From Selaginella moellendorffii (taxonomy: Eukaryota > Plantae > Lycopodiophyta): DNA of 64,000 nt. The notes below the pieces were generated by a model, which made no database searches, was not told where the DNA came from, and was given only the letters and a program-made list of their open reading frames with translations. Numbering within the stretch: position 1 is the stretch's first letter; each line of letters starts with the position of its first letter. Shown here piece after piece: positions 35,783 through 46,600 of this stretch. A program made the translations under genes and the position numbers. The stretch spans positions 2,521,839-2,585,838 of the forward strand of contig NW_003314267.1 in NCBI RefSeq assembly GCF_000143415.4, in the 5' to 3' direction.

Positions 35783-36932
35783 ATGGTTGTTCCTCTCAGC
35801 AGCGGCGCCGGCAATTCCAGCAATGGATCCAGCGGCGGCGGCGCCTTGAAATTCTTGATCTACGGCCGCACTGGGTGGATCGGCGGCCTCCTGGGGAAGC
35901 TCTGCCGCGAGCAGGGCATCGATTTCGTGTATGGATCGGGCAGGCTCGAGGATAGGGCTGGATTGGAGGCCGACATTGCGGCGGCCAAGCCCTCGCATGT
36001 GATGAATGCCGCGGGCGTCACCGGCCGCCCCAACGTGGATTGGTGCGAGGATCACAGGGTGGAGACGATCCGCGCCAATGTCGTCGGCACGCTCAATCTC
36101 GCGGATGTGTGCCGCGGCCATGGCCTCTTGCTCGTGAATTTCGCCACTGGATGCATCTTCGAGTACGATGGAGGCCACCAGATCGACAGCGGCGTGGGAT
36201 TCACCGAGGAGGACGCCCCAAATTTCGTGGGATCCTTCTACTCCAAGACCAAAGCCATGGTGAGTGGAATTCTTTCTTTGGATCTTGCATTGCTGGCTGC
36301 CGCTAGGGTTTTCCATAGCATTCCATCCAGATCTAGCTCCCAGGCAACGAATCTTAGAGAAGTCCAACGGAAGAATCTATTGGGCTTCCACAAAATCTAG
36401 AATTTAGTGAAGCATTTTAAGCGATCATACTCGAGCATCCGTTTTCACGATCTATGATCTGACAATTCTTTCTTTTTTCCAGGTAGAGGAGCTCCTCAAG
36501 AACTACGAGAACGTCTGTACACTTCGCGTGCGAATGCCAATCTCCAGCGACCTCGCCAATCCTCGCAACTTCATCACCAAGATCACGCGCTACGAGAAAG
36601 TGGTGAACATCCCGAATTCCATGACGGTGCTGGACGAGCTGCTGCCAATCTCGATCGAGATGGCTAAGCGCAACCTCACGGGGATATGGAACTTCACCAA
36701 TCCAGGGGTGGTGAGCCACAACGAGATATTGGAGATGTATCGCCAGTACGTGGATCCGAGCTTCAAGTGGAAGAACTTTAGCCTCGAGGAGCAAGCCAAG
36801 GTGATTGTGGCGCCGAGGAGCAACAACGAGCTGGACACCAAGAAGTTGAGCTCCGAATTCCCGCAGCTGCTGGGCATCAAGGATTCGCTGGTCAAGTACG
36901 TCTTCGAGGTGAACAGCAAATCGAAGAAGTGA
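35783..36932 (+). CDS. NRS/ER: Bifunctional NDP-4-keto-6-deoxyglucose 3,5-epimerase/4-reductase (exons 35783-36259, 36483-36932)
   Basis: LKFLIYGRTGWIGGLLG, KPSHVMNAAGVTGRPNVDWCE, GSFYSKTKAM, LRVRMPISSDL..NFITKI. Confidence 0.95.
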
Positions 36933-37206
36933 TAGATCGCAAGATAAGATGGATCGATTGGAAGGATTTTAAGGCGTTACATTCATATCCATCATAGCTG
37001 GGAGAAAACTCTCAAGAACTCTGATCATGGATCTTTCTTTCCTGTTCAAGGCCTAAAGTTCTGGCTATGATTAAGTGTTTGGTTTGTGTGTGCAAAGTTA
37101 AAATTTTGAACGAAGGTACTTGCAACTTTTATAGTATGTATAGTTCGATTAAAGATGAACATGATGCCAACCTTTACACGGTATCTTTGATTACTAAGTT
37201 GGTATT

Positions 37207-38832
37207 CTATACAGATTTCTGGGAAGATTTTAATGTGGCTTTACTTGGAGATCTGTGCATGTTAGCCAAAAGAACATATGATGACGCTGCAGTGGGCTCG
37301 AGATCGACGGTCGAGATGGCAGCAGCGGTTCCATGCAAGTGACGCTTGTGGCTTCGGCAAGCACTCAACAGGCATCTCCACTGGAGAGCATTTGGCACGA
37401 AAGGCATGCTCGTGATCAAGTCCCAGGCATCTTCAATCGCGCCCTCCCTCCCCAGCAGATCGATCATGCAGCAGAAATGCTGCTTGATCGGCTCTGTGTG
37501 AAAATCCTCGCGCATCGACACAAAGCAGCGCTGCCCCGAGCTCATCGTTCCCCCGTTGCTGCACGAGATGAGAAGGGGTATGAAACAGATGGCGTCGGGA
37601 GAGATACCGGTCCACGACATTGACTGGAAGAGGTCAAAGGCACGGTCAAGATGCCCATTCTGGGCATATGCTGTGAGCATAGTTGAGGAGGATACCAAGT
37701 TCTCCTCCGGGATCCTATGGAACCTCCGTCGAGCAAAAGTCAACTCACCGCCGCCATCGGTCATAATGTCAACGCACAGGATCGAGTTCCACGAGACAAT
37801 GTCCCTCGCGGGCATTTGACTGAAGAGGTCAATGGCACGGTCAATGCGACCGGCCGCCACCCAAGCCGCCAGCATCGTGTTCCACGAGACGAGGTCGTGC
37901 TCGGGCATGTCCGAGAGGATATTCGCCGCCTCCTCCACACGCTCGTTCTGGGCATACGTTGATAGCATCGCATTCCAGCACACAAGGTTCCTCTCACGCA
38001 TCGTGTCAAAGCTGCATTTGGCATCCTCCAGATGCCCTCGTTGGGAATAGGCAGACATGATGCTGGTCCACGATGCCATGTCGTGCTCAGGCATTTCTTC
38101 GTATACAGACTTTGCAGCTTTGAGCTGATTTCTCAAAACGTGAACGAACAACATTGCATTGTACGCCACCAAGTTCCTTTCTAACATTGATACAAACAGT
38201 CGCTTTGATTCGATCAAATTCCCGGTTTGGGCAGTTGCGACGAGCATAGTAGTTGTAGACACTATATTCCACTCCGGCATCTCATTGTAAATCCAAACAC
38301 TGCAGTCCAGATTACGGATGTGAGCGTAGCCAGACAAGAGCGAATTCCAAGAAATCAAGTTTCGTTCTGGCATAGAATCAAATGTAGCCTTGGCACAATC
38401 CAAATGCCCGTTTTGGGCATAAGCAGAGATCATTGCATTCCATGAAACAATTGTCTTTTCCATAAGAGAATCAAAGATCCTTTTTGCATCCGAAAGCTTT
38501 TCATTGTGTGCATAGGCAGCCAGCATGGCATTCTGAGATTCCGAATTTTTACTTGGCATGGAAGCAAAAATACTCTCCGCCTCTTGCATTTGGCCATTTC
38601 TTGCATAGGCAGAGAGCATGAACACCCACGAGTGGGCGTCTTTTGTTGAAATACCATCAAAAACTTTACGAGCTTGGAGTGTGTCTCCACATTTACCATA
38701 CATCTCAATGAGCTTGTTGTGAAGGAAAACATCTGTGGGGTGAATTGCACTGCTGATGTGGGCGTGGATTTTCCTAGCTATTGTCACTGTCTTGCTAGAT
38801 TCAAGCCAAAGAATCCATTTGTTTCGATCCAT
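37207..38832 (-). CDS. PLS-class PPR protein, S-motif-rich, E-type end
   Basis: Tandem about 31-aa motifs, HFCCMIDLLGREG..MPFVPN..LLSAC..YVLLANMH. No DYW domain. Confidence 0.92.
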   Translation of the reverse strand: MDRNKWILWLESSKTVTIARKIHAHISSAIHPTDVFLHNKLIEMYGKCGDTLQARKVFDGISTKDAHSWVFMLSAYARNGQMQEAESIFASMPSKNSESQNAMLAAYAHNEKLSDAKRIFDSLMEKTIVSWNAMISAYAQNGHLDCAKATFDSMPERNLISWNSLLSGYAHIRNLDCSVWIYNEMPEWNIVSTTTMLVATAQTGNLIESKRLFVSMLERNLVAYNAMLFVHVLRNQLKAAKSVYEEMPEHDMASWTSIMSAYSQRGHLEDAKCSFDTMRERNLVCWNAMLSTYAQNERVEEAANILSDMPEHDLVSWNTMLAAWVAAGRIDRAIDLFSQMPARDIVSWNSILCVDIMTDGGGELTFARRRFHRIPEENLVSSSTMLTAYAQNGHLDRAFDLFQSMSWTGISPDAICFIPLLISCSNGGTMSSGQRCFVSMREDFHTEPIKQHFCCMIDLLGREGAIEDAWDLITSMPFVPNALQWRCLLSACRSHKRHLHGTAAAISTVDLEPTAASSYVLLANMHRSPSKATLKSSQKSV

Positions 38833-39574
38833 AAAAAATTTATTCCCACAGGTAATTATCTAAAACAACTATGATATATTTTTTTCCTTAAACTTTAAAA
38901 ATAATAAACTTTCAATTTCTTAAGTTTGATATAGTAAAATGAATTACAATTAGAAATATAAATTTGAGAATAAATTTTAAACCATGATATAATGTACCCG
39001 TCACTTACAGAAACATTTGCGTGGCTTACCTAGAGCGGGGTCAGGCGCAGCTAGCGCACATCTCCTCGTCAGGCCGTCGTCTTCATGATTTCTGCGCTTG
39101 CGGAACACAGGAGCAGTCCACCACAATGGTCCGGACCTCTGCGACCAAAAGAGTATCATTAACTGTACCGGAAGCAACTCAATACCTCGCAGAAGTTCAA
39201 AAAAGTTATCATTCTGTAGCTAGCAGGATGTCCGGGTCCAAGAGGCAAATGATCCGAAGTGATTGTATGTCGCGGGTGTCTGCAAGCCAGGAATGTCAAT
39301 AGAAGAAACAAACGAAAGAGCATATGTACTTACGCTTTGAGGGTAGTCCGTCGCCTGCCTCAATGAGTTCTGGTTGCAAGTCATTTCTTCCGTCTTGGAG
39401 GCCACTAGCAGCATTTGAGAAAGTGGTGCCAGCCTACCGTGCTTGGTGAAAGTAATGCGGCCTCCTAGATGGTGTAGCCCAGTGCAGAAGGATCTCCTTC
39501 GGCTGCGCAAGGCTAGAAATATCTTGTATGCAGTATTGTCATCTCCAAGAAAACTAAAAAGGGAAAAAGAAACT

Positions 39575-39865
39575 TACCGGAATCGTCTTGCATGTCTGTG
39601 TCTCATCCAAGCCAAAATATCTCGGTCCATGCGCTCGTCATGCCTCCGGCCACCACTTTCACACTCTGTTCTTGCTCGTTCGCTCGAACAGGAATTTGCA
39701 TCTTCGCGTCTTTTGGAGTAGCATGGCTTTATCCTGTGAGCGTCGGAGATTTCTTGCGAGCTCATCGAAGAAACTCTAGCTCGATTCTCGGGATCGATCT
39801 CCTGTTGCGACGGCGCCACATCCTTTTTGTGCGCGGCTGCGGCTTCCACCTCGAATCATCCATGG
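39575..39865 (-). pseudogene. Fragment of RPAP1/MINIYO-like gene
   Basis: QQEIDPENRARVSSMSSQEISDA resembles the RPAP1 N-terminal motif (IDxENxxxLxxMSxEEI). The rest of the gene is absent. Confidence 0.5.
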
Positions 39866-40263
39866 ATTTCCTTTGAAATCGCCGAACAGCATCTCTCCCG
39901 CCTTCCAGAGGGCCCCAATGCTGTCTCCAATCCAATGCAAATGGATCAAAATCTAAAACCTGCGGCCATACTCTCCCAATTTGGCCCCATTGCCACTGGA
40001 ATGGACATCACTGCTGTTAACCACAACGCACTCTTATACTTGTCATTGCTAAGAACAGAAAAGAAAAAAAACAAACTTTGAGACTATGACCTGTGGGCTG
40101 TGATACAAATCGTATGTTATCCTTTCTCTTTCGCTTCGAGCTCCTATTAACAGTTCTCCATTGCTTATTGCAATAGAAAATCAAGCGTTCCATTTAAAGT
40201 TCCTTGGTTTACTAAAAAGGTAAACCAAGCTCCACGAGAATTTCTTTTAAGAGGCTTTCCTTG

Positions 40264-41101
40264 TCACAAAGCTACAACATGCAAATCACCGTCATTCAAG
40301 AGCTGCTGCAACCTTGAGTTGAAGCTCCAATGTTTCAACACAGCTTCCATCAAGTCCCTCCCATCCTTTTCGTCCTGGAGCTTCCGGAACTTGATTGCTG
40401 CCAGTGCAGCTCCCTTCACCTTGTGGCCATGTTCTTCCGTTGCGCGAATAGCTCTCTCCAATTGTATCATCTAGAAAAAAAAAAACATTCCAAGCTTCAC
40501 TTCCTTTCTAACTAGGATATTAAAACTACCTTGTAAAGTAGCTTTGTGCTTTCATCCCACGTAGGCTTAGTTGGATGAACATACTTTGAGCCTTTCCTAC
40601 ATACTGGAAATCTCGTAACCTCTGCCACAAACACTCCTCTGCATAGATGTGTTAGTAACTAAAAGCTTTAATCAGAATATCTTACCCATTCACTTTAAAG
40701 CCAGCATAACAATCGATTTCAGCGTACCGCGGAGTCCTCTCTTTCTCTTCGGAATACAAACACAAGCTTACCATCTCCTCCAATTTCCGAATTGGAGTAT
40801 ATGATAGCCGCCTTGCAAAAGGCACTTCCAACGATGCACCGTACTTGTTTTCGACAAATGCTTTGAGGAGAGTTCGCGCCCCTAGCTCACAGACCATAGA
40901 GACGTCGAGCCGCAAGACGTATAGTTTATTAAGGATGCCCTTGACGTCATTTCTCAGCTCTTGTACGCCCGTTTTCAGTTCTTGTACTCCCGTTTTCAGC
41001 TCTTGTATGCCCTGTCTCATCTCCTTTACCAGCTCTTGCACGTCCTGTCTCATCTCCTTCATGCTCTTGTACATTTCCACCAACAAAGTTTCCTCGTCCA
41101 T
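40264..41101 (-). CDS. Coiled-coil + PD-(D/E)XK nuclease-like protein (3 exons: 41101-~40686, ~40638-40530, 40470-40264)
   Basis: Heptad repeats (QELKTGV)n. The spliced C-terminal part reads YAEIDCYAGFKVNGGVFVAEVTR..KLLYKMIQLERAI, and the GT-AG introns keep frame. Confidence 0.65.
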
Positions 41102-41633
41102 CGCTTTCTTATTGGGCAGAACAATTTTGGACGGTTCCCTGTAAAAACTAATAGTAAATTACAATGGCATATAGTAACGAAAAAACTTACTCTGATTGTT
41201 CGAAAACAGCATCCTCGAATTCTTCATGAGGATCAAATGGAGTAGTTTCGATTTCGCTACAAACAAATGATTAGACATTCAATCATATGTATCTACAAAA
41301 TTACTTACCAAGAACTTGCAGTGGGAGTTGGCTGTGTCACGCTGTACTGGCTGCTGTTCGTGAAAGGGAGTCCATCGGAGGCAAAGTGCGGCTTCAGCAT
41401 GGAAGCGGCCGGAGGACTCGAGGAGGAAGGAGTTCCTTCCGGTTCCTTCGACGACGAAGACATCCAGGAACCAACAAGGTGTCAAGGGAGAAATCGCAAG
41501 TGTGAAAGTTGCTTCACTCGAAGAAACCTAATTCTTAAACTTTAAATTACTCTATTCTATTAATATGTAGTTTTTTCATCTGAGTTTTCGCAATGTGATG
41601 TCAGTCGGTCAAAAGCCCTAGTTCAACTCTTTT

Positions 41634-42631
41634 ATGGGGGTTAGATCGGTGCTGGCAGGGTCCAGCGCGCTGGCTGTTGGAGCGGCGGTGGCATTGCTGC
41701 ATTCTCCAGCGTTCATAGGTCGCTTCTATTCGGTGAGATCGACTGATCCATCAAAGCGTGCGCGAGGATTGACAGTTTTTTCCTCTCTCAGCTCATCCTC
41801 CTCCAGGTTCTTCTCTTTAGCACCATTGTTTGCGATTGTCCGGTAAGAGTTTTTTTCTCTCTCTCTCTTTTTGACGTCTTGGATTTTCTTTCACTTGCTC
41901 TTCTCGTGTCAGGCTTGGCAAGCGCTCATTCGAGGCCTTCTCTGCATTCCTTTAGGTGAGTTTTGTGATTTCTTTTGCTGGTTTCTAGGACTGAATGGAT
42001 CTTCCACCCCAGGAGCTTCTGCCATTGCATTCTTCGCCATAACACTGGGTGCACCGTTTGGAAACGAGTCAGTGAAGAAAAAAGAATTAAAAACAGCAGT
42101 TTGTATTTGCTGGTTTCCTGCAGGTTTTTCTGGCCGACCTTCTATTGGAGCTTTTTCATGTCAACTTTGATGGTCTCTCGTGTTTTTTTGTTTGATTCCT
42201 CTAGTTTCTTATGCCGCTTTTGCAACGCAGATCGCTCCCGCTGGCATGGTTCTAGGCCCGTCATGGCGACGCTGGCAACAAGTTTTCGCGTTCACGAGGT
42301 TCAAGCTTCGTCGAATACTTCTCTCTTGTCAGCTTCTCAAGTAAAGTTTGCTCTCGACTTTGCAGGCCAAGCGGTTCTCTGGAGCTGCTAGTTTGCGTGC
42401 CCGCTCATGGTGCTGCTGTGGGAGCCTGGATTGGTGCCTGGCCAATGCCCCTGGACTGGGAACGCGAATGGCAGGTCCGATACATCCCTCTCTTTTTTCC
42501 ACTGTAGTTTTCTACTCGCTCTTTTTCAGCAATGGCCGATCTCATGCACTTATGGAGCAACCGGTGGCTACTTGCTGGGGTCGCTTGTGACATTCATCCT
42601 GTTCGTGCACAAGAGCGGGAAAAAAAAGTAA
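41634..42631 (+). CDS. PIG-F: GPI-anchor biosynthesis protein PIG-F/GPI11 (multi-exon; start uncertain)
   Basis: AITLGAP.., GAAVGAWIGAWPMPLDWEREWQ/QWPISCTYGATGGY. Confidence 0.88.
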
Positions 42632-43041
42632 ATCAAATCGAAAGAATGACGAACTTCAGAAAGGTTCGATCTATCTAGTGTTTTCCTAGATCACCACTTC
42701 CAGAACAAATTAGGATCTGGAACTATTTCTCAGGTTAGCTGTTTGCAGACGTATCCTTTGTTTCTGCAGGTAATTTTCCATTAAGCTGGAGGTCGGCTCT
42801 AGCTTTGAACATTTGTGGAGCATGAAACTCAACTCATGGACATGTTGGCAAGTTAAAAGTTTTTTGTGAGATCATTGGTTGCTTGGAGAGTTTTTCTTGG
42901 AGATTGCAAACTTCACAGCAATGCTGCTGTTGGAGTGGATGCAAAACTTACACAATGTGCTTTTGCGAAATCGTGATCACTTGTGTTTACGAAGAGCAAA
43001 ACTTTGAGATACTTCCGGGATGGGTTTTTGTTCAATTTCCT

Positions 43042-44088
43042 AGCTAGTGCGATACTTCCTCAGATTCCTGAGAGGCATGAAAAGATCAAGCAAGGAACAC
43101 CAAAACAAAACCAACTTACTTCGCCACTTCGTTCTTGTCGAAACTCATCCCCTTCCGCTCCACCAGGAACTTGTAAACCGTCCATCCATCTCCATCAACC
43201 TCGTCCCAGTAGCGAGTCACTCTAAACAGACCATCGTAGCGATAGCTCTTCTTCTTGAACCCAGACTCGATTCCCCGAATCACCCGGATTGGAACCTGGA
43301 AGAGAAAAGCGTTGGCGAGAGCAAGATTTCCCCGATCCAGGCTCTGGTCCTGGGCATAACACCCGGGCCGGGCGGTGTTTTGGTGATTGCCCCCAGCACC
43401 GTGGTAGACAAAGCGCTCGCCCGAGTCGTCGTCTTCGTAGCCACCAGAGAGAACGATGCTGTTTGCGACTGGCTCGCCCCACTTGTTGTCGTCGCCACCA
43501 ATCCACGAGATGCCGCCTTGGATGTGGCCGTGGAGCCCCACGATGCAAAGCTCAACGCGGAAGTGGAAGACGTCGCCAACTTCCACACCCGGGACGTGGC
43601 CAAAGTATTTTACACGGTTTAGCCACATACCCTGCAAAATAGATCATACACGAACTTATAAAGAGTTTCTAAAGGAAGACCCAAGATCCGATCTTTGAGA
43701 AGTCCAAGAACTCATAGGTTGAAATAAAGAGACAGAGCACAGAAGCAAAAGGAACAAAACCATCGAACCAAGAAACGAAAAGTCCCAAAAGCGAACCCAG
43801 CGAGAGAAGGAAAGAAAGTGGAGAGATGCTTGCCTGTTGACGCATGGCTTTGCCGGCGTTGAGGTCCGCACGGCCTGCCTTGTCCGCGGAGCGCAGCATC
43901 TCAAAATGTTGGAGAGCTCTGCGGACGGCAACTCGATCGACGCTGCAAGTCGAGGAGGAACTGGGCGAAGAAGGAGCTTCGGACGAGCAGCTGGTGCTCA
44001 GACTGATGCAAAGTTCGGCCTCCATTTTTCCATCGCCCCCCTCCATTTCTTGCTCCGCCTCCTCGCGATCATACAGCACAAGGGCCTA
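43042..44088 (-). CDS. Stand-alone SUVH-type SRA/YDG domain protein (5' exon(s) uncertain; stop at 43116, or about 43042 if spliced)
   Basis: RADLNAGKAM..GHVPGVEVGDVFHFRVELCIVGLH..GGI..ANSIVLSGGYEDD..YHGAGG..DQSLDRGNLAL..PIRVIRG..YRYDGLF. No pre-SET/SET follows. Confidence 0.8.
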
Positions 44089-44376
44089 CACAAAAAGAAG
44101 AAAAGGAGAAAAAAATGCCGGACACAAAAGCGCACTGTACCATTCCTCCTAGAACAGAACGCTAAAACCCTACTTGTTCGATTGTTGGTCAACTTGGTCA
44201 ACTCATTTCATAGTCGTTCCAAAGTCAAGATTGTTTCCAGGTAGTAAAGTTAAAAGTGATCTTTTGTCGGCCGGCTCAGAATTGTAAATCTCGTTATCAT
44301 GGTGGACTTACCAACATAGTTTGTAGTTTTGTGCTGGGAATAAAAAACACACTCTCCCCTCCATGATCAAAGAAGC

Positions 44377-44940
44377 ATGGACATGAGGATTTCTTCACTG
44401 ATCTTTCTGGCATTCCTGTTATGGATCTCTGTTGAGGTGATTTCATCTTACTCTGTTAGCAACACCATTTTGGTTCCAGGTAGACAGCAGTTTGGAGTCA
44501 CAACATGATGTGGATGAGCTCCTACCAGCTATCTACATACCACCAGTGAGTACCAAAATAATGCAAAAGAAGAAAAAAAACACACAATAAACTTGTTTTG
44601 TTTACCAGGTGGAAGTGACTTCATCCACCTCTACCCCTGCTCCAGGACCCTCCTCACCAGCACCAATTGGTAAAGTGTTTATAAAGCTTCCTTCACTTGG
44701 CTGTGCTGATGAGATGTCTCAATTTCCCTGTCCTGTGATCCACAACAAAACAAAACAGACTGTTCCAAAGAATGCAACAGGAGGTGCTCCAAAGCAGGCA
44801 GACCAAAGAGATGCCTCAAGTGCTGTAACATCTGCTGTGCAAAGTGCCACTGTGTTCCTCCTGGAACCTATGGCAACAGAGAGACATGCCCCTGCTATGC
44901 AACCATGACCAACCACAGGGGAGGCTTGAAATGTCCATAG
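44377..44940 (+). CDS. GASA: GASA/Snakin cysteine-rich secreted peptide (4 exons; not in ORF track)
   Basis: Signal peptide [20 protein letters not shown], a Pro-rich linker, and last exon [60 protein letters not shown]. Confidence 0.92.
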
Positions 44941-45141
44941 AGAATCAAAAAAGAGGTATAGTGGAGTTCCAGGGCTCAATCAACCACAAGTTCTAGACAA
45001 GCAACATAGAGATGGAGTTAGTGCAAGCCAAATAATGTATTCAGGAACCAAAAAAAATCAACAGTACCAAGGCAGGAAAGAGAGAGGTGTCTAACAGCTA
45101 GCTAGCAGCATAGAAAACGAAATTCGAACGTATTATTTTAC

Positions 45142-46169
45142 TCACGGCTTTTCGTCCTTTCCCTCGCCGGCACCTTCCTCCTGCAGCAAGGCAACAAAAG
45201 ATCTCGCTGAGTAAACAATGCCACGAGAAAAGAACCAAAAGAAACTCGGCAGTTACCTGCATGTCTGAGGTCCACAGCGTTAGATTATCGCGCAGCAGCT
45301 GCATAATCAGAGTACTATCCTTGTAAGATTCCTCTCCCAAAGTGTCCAGCTCGGCAATTGCCTCGTCAAATGCCTGGAAATGGATAAACAGTGAGTGAGG
45401 TGAGTGGAAAGAAAAAAAAACGCAACGAAACACGACACACCCACAGACCTGTTTGGCAAGAGTACAAGCACGATCCGGGGAATTTAAAATCTCGTAGTAA
45501 AAGACCGAAAAATTGAGAGCGAGTCCAAGTCGAATCGGGTGCGTAGGAGGCAGCTGCGCAAGAGCGATGTCCTGCAAAGCACAGCTTCGAGTGAGCAAAC
45601 CAAGAACTTTCGAAAACAAACGAAAAGAATCAATAAAAAAAAGGAAGCTTTGCAAAGGAAAAGAGAGCTCCACCACTCTGGCCTTTGCTTACCTGCGCGG
45701 ATTTGTACGCGAGGAGAGTGTTCTCGGCAGCCTCTTTCCTCTCGGCACCGGTCTTAAACTCGGCCAAGTATCGGTGATAGTCGCCCTTCATCTTCAAGTA
45801 GAAAACCTTGGACTCGCCACTCGCGGAAGAGGAGATGAGATGGCTATCCAGGAGCTTGAGAATGCTGTCGCAGATAGTGCTAAGCTCCGCCTCCACCTTA
45901 GCGCGGTACTCCTTGATCATGGACACATGATCCTCATTGCCTTTGCTCTCCTCCTTCTGCTCGATGGAGGAGATTATCCGCCAGGAAGCCCTGCGAGCGC
46001 CGATGACGTTCTTGTACGCCACCGACAGGAGATTGCGCTCCTCGACTGTGAGCTCCTCCACATCCACGGCCTTGACGACATTCTTCATGAACTCCACCAT
46101 TTCGTCGTAGCGCTCGGCCTGCTCGGCGAGCTTGGCCATGTAGACGCTCTCCTCCCGCGGGCTCGTCAT
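45142..46169 (-). CDS. GRF: 14-3-3 protein, non-epsilon-type 4-exon structure
   Basis: [89 protein letters not shown]. Confidence 0.97.
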
Positions 46170-46600
46170 TCCTGGATTGGACAGGGCGGGAGTGAGAGAG
46201 GATCTCGAGGGATTTGGGAGAGATTTCAAGCGCGCCGGCAAGCGGTCACAAGAAATTTCAGCGCCGAGAGGATAGATCCAATCCACGAGCACTCACCTGT
46301 TCCTCGCCGTGCGCGCTCCTCCTAGGGTTTGGGAGAGCGCAAAAGAGAGCTTTTCTCGTGGAGCTAGAGGCCGGCGGTTCGATTCTCCGGCACACTTAGA
46401 TTCTCTTTTAGTACGGACCTCTCGTACGAATATTTAGGGCTCTAGCAGAGCTTCTAGGGTTCTAGGCTCGCGATACGATCACGATCAGGCGATGGACGAT
46501 CAGGTTGCTGCGATTGGAGCTCTAAAATGTGATTAGGTTTCATCGTACCGGCATTCGTCGAGAGCTTTGAGCGAGTATTTCGGCTCGCTGGCAATGGATT

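Noticed and set aside
44609-44908. 99-aa ORF resembling an arabinogalactan peptide
   Set aside because: It reads through an intron into the wrong frame; the spliced product is GASA.
45513-46325. 270-aa + strand ORF
   Set aside because: Antisense shadow of 14-3-3 exon 1.
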